From positions 17,407 through 81,406 of the forward strand of contig JABDMM010000115.1 of NCBI GenBank assembly GCA_013001465.1: DNA of 64,000 bases, given 5' to 3'. The translations under genes and the position numbers were made by a program. The DNA is from Chitinophagales bacterium (lineage in GTDB: Bacteria > Bacteroidota > Bacteroidia > Chitinophagales > JABDMM01). Below the pieces are notes generated by a model that was given only the letters and a program-made list of their open reading frames with translations, was not told where the DNA came from and did no database searches. Positions 32,034 to 42,712 of the stretch are shown piece by piece. Every line of letters starts with the position of its first letter. Position 1 is the first letter of the stretch.

Positions 32034-32618
32034 TTGAACAATTTTCTGAAACAAATACACAATCAGCTTTTTGGAAGGAAGGGATATCACAACGAACCCT
32101 TTCTTCATCATGAAATACAACGTGATGAATCCTATATGGATTGCTATCATGATTGGGAAAAGGATAAAAAATATATTCCTTGGCTGGATTTTATGACTAA
32201 AGTGATGGATGAACGGGATTCAAATTTTGTAGATATTCTTCAAACTGAAACCTCCAATGGGTTACTATTTTACATCAATGACTTTGTATTGAATAAAAAA
32301 GATGCTCATTACATATTCGATCTTTTAAGAGACAGGGTAAAACAAGAAGGTTATGTCTGCCATCTCTCCGATACCAGGATCTATAACCGTAGTGAATTCG
32401 TAGAAGAAAAAAATCGCTACTTCCTAAAACCTCGTTTCGAATACTGTGTAGAATCATTGCAGTTTATTCAACGGTATGGAAATATTATTATTGAACTCAT
32501 CTATGAAAACAATTTACCAAAGCGAATAAAAATTTGCAATCACTCGTATCGTGACCGAAAGTATTCACATGTTGAAAGCTTTGATGAACTTAAGGAGAAG
32601 TTGTTCAATGTTGCCTGA
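32034..32618 (+). CDS. Hypothetical protein
   Basis: 194-aa ORF with a TTG start that fills the gap between alr and the ArnT-like gene. No motif recognised. Confidence 0.7.
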   Translation: MNNFLKQIHNQLFGRKGYHNEPFLHHEIQRDESYMDCYHDWEKDKKYIPWLDFMTKVMDERDSNFVDILQTETSNGLLFYINDFVLNKKDAHYIFDLLRDRVKQEGYVCHLSDTRIYNRSEFVEEKNRYFLKPRFEYCVESLQFIQRYGNIIIELIYENNLPKRIKICNHSYRDRKYSHVESFDELKEKLFNVA

Positions 32619-34056
32619 TTCCATCTATTGTTAAATACTTGCAGTTTCTGTATGAATCCAATGTGCTTACTTCAAATTTGTTCACTAAGCAGTCTATTGA
32701 AATATAATCGCAGCTTATAACCGAATCGCCTACCTCAATTTGTCGGGGAAAGTTGATCTCAATATCTAAACTATCTCGGTAATTATAAAACTGTCTGTAG
32801 AAGGAAACATGCGGATTCAGACTTGAAATCACGATAGTATTTATAGCAAACTCTGGCATTTCTTCTTTTAACTTACTTATGTAATATGCATATCGTTCTC
32901 CAGGGTTATCTTGCCTCTTCATCACCTTATCCAATATGACATAGTAGGGAAACATCAGTAGCAAAATCATGGCGGCTGTCGCTCCCAATCTTAAACTATT
33001 GTTGCCAATTTTGATTAACGAGCGCAAAGTTCTAAACAAGACATAGCCGCATAAGATACTTAGAAATGGATACATAGGAGCGATGTACCATATCAATTTT
33101 GTTTTTGAAAGAGAAAGGATGATTAGATAAGAGACACTGATAAGGCTAGTAAACTGAATAAATTTCTTTAATGACTTATTCTTTTCGGAGTAGATCAATC
33201 CAAAAGAAATTGGTATTAGATAAATCCAGGGAAGAAATTTTCCTTCCCACATTTTTATCAGATAAAACCAGAAACTTTCTCCATGCTGCACTAAAGCTGA
33301 ATATCTCCCTGATTCTTTCTGTAATACGCTATCTATGAAACCTGGAGTTTTAAATTCATGAAGAATATAGTATCCCAAGACCACCGCAACTACAGCAAAT
33401 GAACCAATATAAACGAACGGCTTACTTAACACTTCCTTTAGCTTGCTTCTATAGATCGCCCAGATCAACAATGCAGGCATAGCTACCAGTCCGGCAAAAC
33501 TTTTAGTAAAGACCGCACAGAATACCAAAAAGGCGAACAGATAGAAGAGTTTCTTATTACTGACATCTTCTATCCACTTATAGAATATCAAGCAATACAT
33601 TAAAACGAAAAAGGTGAGAACTCCGTCAGGATCACCGGTTCTCGCAACATGAAAATGTATATATCCCGGAGCTGTAAACAGAACAAATGCACTAAAATAT
33701 CCCAGTGATATACTATTAAACTCCTTTCTTAAAAACCAAACAAGAGATAATCCGGTAAACAGGCAGAATAGTGCAACAGGAAGGCGAAATGATAACTCTG
33801 AATAACCTAATACTTTAAATGACACGACTTGGATCCACGTGACCAGTGGTGGCTTTGGATTCCAAAGTATCGGTTTCCCATCGTAATGCCTGCAGATGAA
33901 ATCATGGTTTTGAGACATCTCAAATGCATTCACCGCATATATCGCCTCATCCCACATTCTGAGGCTGTGAGAATCTAAGTGATGGAATAATGGGAAGTAA
34001 GCCAGGAACAGAAATACAATAAAGATCAAAGCTTGTTTATAATGCTTCAAAGGCAT
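32605..34056 (-). CDS. ArnT/PMT-like (GT-C) membrane glycosyltransferase
   Basis: Motifs WDEAIYA, PKPPLVTW, ELSFRLP, ARTGDPD, FTKS, TKLIWYIAPMYP; multi-TM. Confidence 0.85.
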   Translation of the reverse strand: MPLKHYKQALIFIVFLFLAYFPLFHHLDSHSLRMWDEAIYAVNAFEMSQNHDFICRHYDGKPILWNPKPPLVTWIQVVSFKVLGYSELSFRLPVALFCLFTGLSLVWFLRKEFNSISLGYFSAFVLFTAPGYIHFHVARTGDPDGVLTFFVLMYCLIFYKWIEDVSNKKLFYLFAFLVFCAVFTKSFAGLVAMPALLIWAIYRSKLKEVLSKPFVYIGSFAVVAVVLGYYILHEFKTPGFIDSVLQKESGRYSALVQHGESFWFYLIKMWEGKFLPWIYLIPISFGLIYSEKNKSLKKFIQFTSLISVSYLIILSLSKTKLIWYIAPMYPFLSILCGYVLFRTLRSLIKIGNNSLRLGATAAMILLLMFPYYVILDKVMKRQDNPGERYAYYISKLKEEMPEFAINTIVISSLNPHVSFYRQFYNYRDSLDIEINFPRQIEVGDSVISCDYISIDCLVNKFEVSTLDSYRNCKYLTIDGIRQH

Positions 34057-34059
34057 ATT

Positions 34060-35043
34060 CTAATCGAGTTGGTTCACTTTCAACTTAACCTCATAGTTTC
34101 CCTTATTGCCGGAATTATAAACCGATTCATAAATAGATAAGTAAAGTATTCCCGTAGCTTCTGATTTAGCTTTATATAGGTTCCCTGCGATACGAGTCGG
34201 ACCCTTTTCTCCGATCTTAAATACTACATTCCCGAAAAGCGGACCTTTTTCTGAAGGTGGCTTTGAACCATTCACTCCGCCATCTGCGGTATACGTATTC
34301 CCATCTAAGCTTTCAAGCACGATTTCTCCTGTAGCATTTATTGTAAGATTATCTCCCTTCTTTACTAATACACCGGTTTTCAACCATCCGTTGCTTCGGT
34401 TCGCAGAAATGTGTTGATCAGCTAAAAGCTTAAATGTCTTGGTTCGATACATTTCATCCTCCTGTAAGACAATTTCAATAACACCAACTGAACTGCGAGG
34501 AACTGTAAACTCTCCATACTTGCTATCCACAGTTATGCTTTCAAACTTATACTCACCAACAACACTGTGCTCTTCTCCAAAATGAATAATATCTCTTTCG
34601 CTGAAATCCGACTCCAGATCATACTTTTCTAAAAGAATCTGATAGAGGAGTTCTATGTTGAATGGGTTGTAAAGCTTCTTCTCATAATCAGGGGATTCAA
34701 TATAATCTCGCAGCATAGGTAAGATATTTTCATCCTTTTCGACTAATCTGTCAAACGCACGTTCTGATTCTTCCAAAGCTCCAAATTGAATTTTATCGAG
34801 TTGCTCATAAAGCACATCTCTGTCCACTCCTTCTGAACTTACCCCAAGAACTATTTTGCGTACTTCTTTAGCCGGAAAAGCAAGGTTACCATAATCGGTA
34901 GCGAATGGAATTTTGACAATGCTGGTATAACCGGTAAGCACATCTCCATTTTTCATGTTTAGTGTAACCAATGACCGCTCTTGCGCCATTGTTGACACGG
35001 TCATAATTAGTATCAGAAGTAAATTTGCAATTACATGTTTCAT
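34060..35043 (-). CDS. Secreted hypothetical protein with a putative C-terminal LecA/PA-IL-like beta-sandwich
   Basis: Signal peptide; C-terminal WLKTGVLVKKGDNLTINATG...FKIGEKG...GILYLSI..N.GNYEVKL. Confidence 0.7.
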   Translation of the reverse strand: MKHVIANLLLILIMTVSTMAQERSLVTLNMKNGDVLTGYTSIVKIPFATDYGNLAFPAKEVRKIVLGVSSEGVDRDVLYEQLDKIQFGALEESERAFDRLVEKDENILPMLRDYIESPDYEKKLYNPFNIELLYQILLEKYDLESDFSERDIIHFGEEHSVVGEYKFESITVDSKYGEFTVPRSSVGVIEIVLQEDEMYRTKTFKLLADQHISANRSNGWLKTGVLVKKGDNLTINATGEIVLESLDGNTYTADGGVNGSKPPSEKGPLFGNVVFKIGEKGPTRIAGNLYKAKSEATGILYLSIYESVYNSGNKGNYEVKLKVNQLD

Positions 35044-35054
35044 GACAAACGATA

Positions 35055-36128
35055 TTATGTTGAACTTCCTTCTTTCAGCTTCTCCGCATTCTCAGCGATC
35101 TTCAAGGCATCGATGATCTCTTGAATATCTCCACCTATAATGTTATCCAGGTTGTATAGCGTTAGGTTTATTCTGTGATCGGTTACCCTGCCTTGTGGGT
35201 AATTATATGTTCTGATCTTTGCTGATCTGTCTCCTGTTGATACCAGAGATTTTCTTCTGGATGCAATTTTTTGGTCTTGTTCTCTTTGCATTTTATCGTA
35301 GATACGCGTACGCAAAACCCCCATTGCGATTTCTCGGTTCTTCAATTGAGATCTCCCTTCCTGACATTCAACGACGATTCCGGTAGGCAAGTGTGTAAGC
35401 CGCACTGCTGATTCCGTTTTATTCACGTGCTGACCACCAGCACCTGATGCGCGATAAGTATCGACTTTAATATCGCTTTCATTTAGATCTACTTCCACAT
35501 CCTCGACCTCAGGCATTACCGCAACTGATGCAGCAGATGTGTGCACACGTCCTTGCGATTCAGTTTTTGGGACTCTCTGCACACGGTGAACTCCGGATTC
35601 ATATTTGAGGTCACCGTACACCGTTTGTCCACTAACTTTCATTACAACTTCTTTAAAGCCATCAATAGTACCGAATGTCTGATTGATCACTTCTACTTTC
35701 CATTTTCTTCCCTCACAGTATTTAATATACATCTTATAGAGATCTCCGGCGAAAATACTTGCTTCATCGCCACCGGTTCCTGCTCTGATCTCCAACATTA
35801 CATCTTTCTCATCCTCCGGGTCCTTTGGAATTAACAGAAATTTGATCTCTTCCTCGATTTGATCTTTCTTTTCTTCAAGTTCCGTAAGTTCTGATTTAGC
35901 AAGACTCTTGAAATCGTCATCTTCTTTAGATGATAAGATCTCTTTGTTATGTTCAATGTTACTTAGAATGTTGGAATACTTATCATGAGCTTGCACGATC
36001 TCTTCCAGGCTCTTATACTCCTTACTCAGGCGAGTAAATTCCTTCATATCCTTTATCAACTCAGGATCTGATAGTGACTTACCGATCTCCTCATACCTTT
36101 CTTTTATCGCTTCAAGCTTATCCAGCAT
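35055..36128 (-). CDS. prfA: Peptide chain release factor 1
   Basis: Motifs EIRAGTGGDEA, RF1 PxT motif (RVPKTE), GAGGQHVN, IRTYNYPQ. Confidence 0.97.
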   Translation of the reverse strand: MLDKLEAIKERYEEIGKSLSDPELIKDMKEFTRLSKEYKSLEEIVQAHDKYSNILSNIEHNKEILSSKEDDDFKSLAKSELTELEEKKDQIEEEIKFLLIPKDPEDEKDVMLEIRAGTGGDEASIFAGDLYKMYIKYCEGRKWKVEVINQTFGTIDGFKEVVMKVSGQTVYGDLKYESGVHRVQRVPKTESQGRVHTSAASVAVMPEVEDVEVDLNESDIKVDTYRASGAGGQHVNKTESAVRLTHLPTGIVVECQEGRSQLKNREIAMGVLRTRIYDKMQREQDQKIASRRKSLVSTGDRSAKIRTYNYPQGRVTDHRINLTLYNLDNIIGGDIQEIIDALKIAENAEKLKEGSST

Positions 36129-36865
36129 TACTTCAATTTATAAATTTTGATCCCTGATGGAACACAAACATACAATTGTCCCTTTTCAACTTCAATGTCG
36201 AGAACACTAGCAATTTCCAATAACAAGGTCGTTTCATTACTTCTGAAATCGTGATTGAAGATCCCGTCAACAGTGCTAAAATAGCAGATCATCCCACTTA
36301 TTTCGACCGAAGTGATCCCTTGCTGTTGAATACTTCTTACATAAGCACCAAGTTTGTCAAAGATATGAATGCCTGCATTATCTTTAATATACAAAGCGCC
36401 ACCGGTAAAAAACAGATCACATGTGGAAGTTGGTTTTAAAATATGAGTATAATCGATCTGTTGTATTACTTTTCCGGTTTCTGTTATCTCTACCAAGGTA
36501 TTGGACTCGCATTCATAAAACCAGAAGTTTCCCGAAGAAGTTACAGCTATTCTACCTTTGCCCAGACCCTGATCGTTGAGATCTATCGTTTTAAGCTCGA
36601 TAAGGTCAAGATCTAAAACTACCACCTGATTCTTATCTTCGATATAAACTAGGGGTTTATGGATCTCCGAAATGTCTATTTGAGTTATATTTTCCGAATT
36701 GGAGGTGCTGTAAGTTTGTTTTTCTCCATTGATAGCTGTTTTTGTTAGAGAGCTACCCTTCACGGTATACACATTATCAAACACATCTACTTTTACGATC
36801 TCTGCTTTGTTATTGATAACGGTTAAGAGTTCCAACGAAGCTATAAATACAAACAGCCAGCTCAT
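36128..36865 (-). CDS. Hypothetical protein (beta-propeller-like)
   Basis: 245-aa ORF overlapping both neighbours at start and stop codons; beta-rich with blade-like motifs (DVFDNVY, IFDKLG). Confidence 0.7.
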   Translation of the reverse strand: MSWLFVFIASLELLTVINNKAEIVKVDVFDNVYTVKGSSLTKTAINGEKQTYSTSNSENITQIDISEIHKPLVYIEDKNQVVVLDLDLIELKTIDLNDQGLGKGRIAVTSSGNFWFYECESNTLVEITETGKVIQQIDYTHILKPTSTCDLFFTGGALYIKDNAGIHIFDKLGAYVRSIQQQGITSVEISGMICYFSTVDGIFNHDFRSNETTLLLEIASVLDIEVEKGQLYVCVPSGIKIYKLK

Positions 36866-37602
36866 TCTACAAAGTGTTTTAGCTCAAGCTTGCCATCAGC
36901 AAACTCTGCATAGGTGAAGTGATCGATCCAATCACCAAGGTTGATATACCTACTATGCTGTCCAATTTCTATATCGACAGGGATATGCCGGTGACCATAG
37001 ATAAAATAATCGAAATGTTGTTCTTTTAGGAGCTCCTTTGAATGAATGACCAACCATTCTTTATCCTCTCCAAGGAATGCTTCTATCTCTGAGTGTTCCC
37101 GGCTTTTAAGCGACCAGTATTTGGCTATCCCAATTCCCAGATCAGGATGTAGTTTACTAAACAACCACTGACAAAATCGATTAGTAAATACTTTCTTAAG
37201 AAACTTATATCCATGGTCACCCGGACCAAGGCCATCTCCATGAGCGACATAAAATTCTTTATTCTGATAGTTGAATTTGTACTCTTCTTTATGCACCTGT
37301 ACGCCAAGTTCATCTTCAAAATAACCAAACAGCCAGACATCGTGGTTACCTGTAAAATAATGGATCTTTATACCTCTATCGCATAGTTCTGCTATCTTGC
37401 CTAGAATGCGTGTAAAGCCTTTGGGGACAGATCTTTTATAATCAAACCAGAAATCGAAAATATCACCGACAAGAAAGATCTCATGTGCTTCGTAAGCGAT
37501 GCTATCCAGCCATCGAATAAATTTTTTTTCCCGAATTAAGCTATTGGTGTGATCTGGAAATCCCAGATGAAGGTCAGATGCAAAAAATAATTTCGATCCC
37601 AC
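36862..37602 (-). CDS. lpxH: UDP-2,3-diacylglucosamine diphosphatase (LpxH-like metallophosphoesterase)
   Basis: Motifs FASDLHLG, VGDIFDFW, GNHD, AHGDG, YGHRH, NLGDW. Confidence 0.88.
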   Translation of the reverse strand: MGSKLFFASDLHLGFPDHTNSLIREKKFIRWLDSIAYEAHEIFLVGDIFDFWFDYKRSVPKGFTRILGKIAELCDRGIKIHYFTGNHDVWLFGYFEDELGVQVHKEEYKFNYQNKEFYVAHGDGLGPGDHGYKFLKKVFTNRFCQWLFSKLHPDLGIGIAKYWSLKSREHSEIEAFLGEDKEWLVIHSKELLKEQHFDYFIYGHRHIPVDIEIGQHSRYINLGDWIDHFTYAEFADGKLELKHFVE

Positions 37603-37614
37603 TTAGCGCTGAGT

Positions 37615-38214
37615 CTAGTGAAGCTTTTCATCACAAAGGAATACGTATATATCTCTTGGGCCTTCAGCATAAAGAACAGGAACATTACACATGGAAGTTT
37701 TCCAGCCGGAGGTTTTTGAAAGATCGAGCAATGAAGGGAGTTCATTTGACTTTTTGTCAAGGAAATCTTCTACTGCAGATTCAAGAGTGGAACAGAGTTG
37801 CGAACTATCGGCTATAAGTATATGTGCATCCGGAAACATCGGAAGCCTTCTTCTGGATGCTTGTTTAGGTGCAAGGAGAATTGCACCTGTATCTGAAATT
37901 AAATATTCGCAAGTTGAAAGGGCTGCATTGGAGTTATCCAGGTGATATCCGAGTTGATCCTTTTGGAAGTTGAGCGTATTTAGTGCTTCTTTCAACTCCA
38001 CTTCCCAGCAGTGAATATAATTCCAGTCTTTCTCTGTTTTCAACATTTCGAGCTGGGAAATACAATCCGCTTTGCTTTCGCAATAGAAAAAATGACCCCC
38101 GAATTTTACCAGATTTTGAGCGAACTCAATATCCAGATTTGAACTTTCAGGCTTAGTCTCTTCTTCCTTAAAGAGTTTGAACTTAGTAGTTAGGTTTTCT
38201 GCGTTTTCAGACAT
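37615..38214 (-). CDS. LUD (LutC/YkgG) domain protein
   Basis: Motifs CEYLISDTGAILL, RRLPMFPDAHI, AEGPRDIYVFL; follows ftsH. Confidence 0.78.
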   Translation of the reverse strand: MSENAENLTTKFKLFKEEETKPESSNLDIEFAQNLVKFGGHFFYCESKADCISQLEMLKTEKDWNYIHCWEVELKEALNTLNFQKDQLGYHLDNSNAALSTCEYLISDTGAILLAPKQASRRRLPMFPDAHILIADSSQLCSTLESAVEDFLDKKSNELPSLLDLSKTSGWKTSMCNVPVLYAEGPRDIYVFLCDEKLH

Positions 38215-38234
38215 GGTACAAATTTAAATAAAGC

Positions 38235-40298
<2,064 letters not shown>

Positions 40299-40316
40299 TT
40301 ATATTGAATTGCTACT

Positions 40317-40697
40317 TTAAACGATTTTTTGAATACTATCGTGCTTATAAACTGTTGCATCATTCCAAAGTTCTTCTAATTGATACTTCAATCTTGCTTC
40401 TCTATGAAATACATGAACAACGATATCTATGTAATCCAACAGAATCCATTCTAAATTGTTGTATCCCTCAACGAATGCCGGAACTTGTTTATAGTCCTTC
40501 TTAATTTTATCTCTTATGTGATCGGCTATGGCTTGAACTTGAGTGCTGGAATCACCATGACAAATGATGAAATAATCGGAGATAGCTTCAGAAACTTCGC
40601 TCAGATCCAAACTAACAACATCATTACCTTTCTTATCCAGAATTGCATCTACTACTGCATTTCTTAAAATATTTGCGGTTGCGACTTTTTTCTTCAA
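40317..40697 (-). CDS. rsfS: Ribosome silencing factor RsfS
   Basis: DKKGNDVVSLDL..DYFIICHGDS..QVQAIA..WILLDY.DIVVHVF..R..YQLEELW. Confidence 0.95.
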   Translation of the reverse strand: MKKKVATANILRNAVVDAILDKKGNDVVSLDLSEVSEAISDYFIICHGDSSTQVQAIADHIRDKIKKDYKQVPAFVEGYNNLEWILLDYIDIVVHVFHREARLKYQLEELWNDATVYKHDSIQKIV

Positions 40698-40751
40698 ATA
40701 TTTATTTTTCCCTTTGTTTATAATTTAGTTCTATATTGTAAAGTTACTCAT

Positions 40752-41519
40752 TTGAAGCCAATAAATAACACATTGTTCCTTGGAAAGGTTCTTATCGAAC
40801 TCGATGATTCTCCTTCTACAAATATGTATGCTCATGAGCTACTCTCAAAAAACAGACCAATAGAAGGAACTGCCATAATAGCACACAATCAGTACCAAGG
40901 GAAAGGACAATATGGCAAAAAGTGGATTAGTGAATCTGGTAAGAACTTAACACTAAGTGTGATCTTATATCCCGATTTCCTGAAAATTGAAGATCAATTC
41001 TATCTTAATAAGTTGGTTTGTATCGCTTTAGTTGAATTTCTGGCTTCACTTGGTGTTGAGTCCAAAATCAAATGGCCCAATGATATTTACCACGAAAATT
41101 TGAAATTAGGGGGAGTGCTTATCGAAAACTCCGTTTCATTACAGTACCTATCTTCAAGTATTTTAGGTATTGGACTTAATATAAACCAGCTGGAGTTTGA
41201 TAGCGAGTTAACCAATCCGATCTCCGTGGCAACGGTTTTGGGAAAAGAGCTGGATCTGGAAATGTGTGTGAACAATTTTCTTGCTGCACTTGAAAAGTGG
41301 TATCTTATTTTGAAGAATGGCGATTACCAAATGCTTGATTCTGGATTTAACAAAAATCTATATCGGGCAGGTGAATCTATTCTAGTCGACCTTCAAGGCA
41401 AAACTCATGAAGCTATATTTACAGGAGTGGAACGAACCGGTAAAATTAAACTAGAGATCGATGATCACATAGACTCCTACACTAATCATGAGATAGAGAT
41501 CCATTGGCTTAAAAGTTAA
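40752..41519 (+). CDS. birA: Biotin--[acetyl-CoA-carboxylase] ligase (no HTH)
   Basis: Motifs STN, QYQGKGQYGKKW, KWPNDI, KLGGVLIEN, GIGLNINQ. Confidence 0.93.
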   Translation: MKPINNTLFLGKVLIELDDSPSTNMYAHELLSKNRPIEGTAIIAHNQYQGKGQYGKKWISESGKNLTLSVILYPDFLKIEDQFYLNKLVCIALVEFLASLGVESKIKWPNDIYHENLKLGGVLIENSVSLQYLSSSILGIGLNINQLEFDSELTNPISVATVLGKELDLEMCVNNFLAALEKWYLILKNGDYQMLDSGFNKNLYRAGESILVDLQGKTHEAIFTGVERTGKIKLEIDDHIDSYTNHEIEIHWLKS

Positions 41520-42469
41520 AAGATCTCCCTGGCAATTGCGGTTACCGCTTCGCTGCGGCTCATAGAATAGAAATGCAGACAAGGCACTCCATATTCCATC
41601 AATTCCCGAGATTGTTGTACAGCCCACTCTACTCCGATCTGTTTTGCAGCAGCATTATCTTTGGCCTTTGAAATTTCATTACTCAATTCTTCAGGTATGT
41701 CGATATGGAATCTTGGTGGGAGTGCAAGGATCTGTCCTTTGGTAGTGATCGGTTTTAATCCTGGAATGATGGGAACGTTTATCCCTTCTTCTTTACACAT
41801 GTCCAGGAATTTGAAATACTTCTGGTTATCATAAAACATTTGAGTGACGATATAATCAGCGCCCATATCCACTTTCTTTTTCAAATTCTTGAGGTCTGTG
41901 GATAAGTTTGGAGATTCGAAGTGCTTTTCAGGATAGGCAGCAACACCGATACAAAAATCGGTACTCATCTCATTTGCGGTTTCTTCGAATAAAAATTTAC
42001 CTTCATTCATATCCTTAATTTGCTTCACCAAATCACTTGCATAATTATGGCCACCTTCGGATGGGACAAAAGTGACTTCACTTTTTAGTGCATCACCTCG
42101 CAATACCATCACATTTTGAATTTCCAAATAATGCAGGCTGAAAAGGGCATCTTCAGTTTCACCCTTCGTAAACCCGCCACAAACAAGGTGAGGAACAGTA
42201 TCAACTTTGTATCGGTTATGAATAGCAGCACATATGCCAACTGTTCCCGGACGCTTACGTTTTGGGATCTGCTCTATAAACCCATCACTTCTCTTTTTAT
42301 ATAAGATCTCTTCCCGGTGGTATGTTACATCGATAAACGGTGGATTAAACTCCATCAAAGGGTCGAGTACTTTATAAAGATCATTGATGCTTTTGCCTCT
42401 TAATGGAGGCAAGATCTCGAGTGAAAATAGAGTGGACTCCGCTTTTTGTAAATGCTCAGTTATCTTCAA
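41516..42469 (-). CDS. metF: Methylenetetrahydrofolate reductase
   Basis: Motifs FSLEILPP, FIDVTY, VPHLVC, LRGD, AAYPEKH, KKVDMGADYIVTQMFY, LHFYSM. Confidence 0.95.
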   Translation of the reverse strand: MKITEHLQKAESTLFSLEILPPLRGKSINDLYKVLDPLMEFNPPFIDVTYHREEILYKKRSDGFIEQIPKRKRPGTVGICAAIHNRYKVDTVPHLVCGGFTKGETEDALFSLHYLEIQNVMVLRGDALKSEVTFVPSEGGHNYASDLVKQIKDMNEGKFLFEETANEMSTDFCIGVAAYPEKHFESPNLSTDLKNLKKKVDMGADYIVTQMFYDNQKYFKFLDMCKEEGINVPIIPGLKPITTKGQILALPPRFHIDIPEELSNEISKAKDNAAAKQIGVEWAVQQSRELMEYGVPCLHFYSMSRSEAVTAIAREIF

Positions 42470-42567
42470 TCACTTAATTTTTAGGCTTGCAAAGAAAACA
42501 AATCTATTGTAAGGTAGTAGAACATATTTTGAACTTTAAAGTTTTATACGCTAACTTAGCATTGATT

Positions 42568-42661
42568 CTTATTAAGAAAGACTGAGGGAAAGGCCCGAAG
42601 AAGTCTTGGCAACCCTGAGAGATCAGAAGGTGCCAATTCCTGCCCATATGGGGAAAATAAG
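42568..42661 (+). ncRNA. SAM-I (S-box) riboswitch upstream of metH
   Basis: P1 CTTATT/AATAAG encloses AAGAAAGACTGAGGGAAAGGCCCGAAGAAGTCTTGGCAACC...GGTGCCAATTCC, matching the SAM-I core. Lies 51 nt before the metH ATG. Confidence 0.9.
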
Positions 42662-42712
42662 TATTGCTCACCTTACGGCAATTCGCGCCTATCTTGATTT
42701 ATTAAACATACT

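Noticed and set aside
35055-36128. Programmed frameshift in the release factor gene
   Set aside because: This is RF1 (PxT motif) with an intact ORF; the +1 frameshift belongs to prfB.
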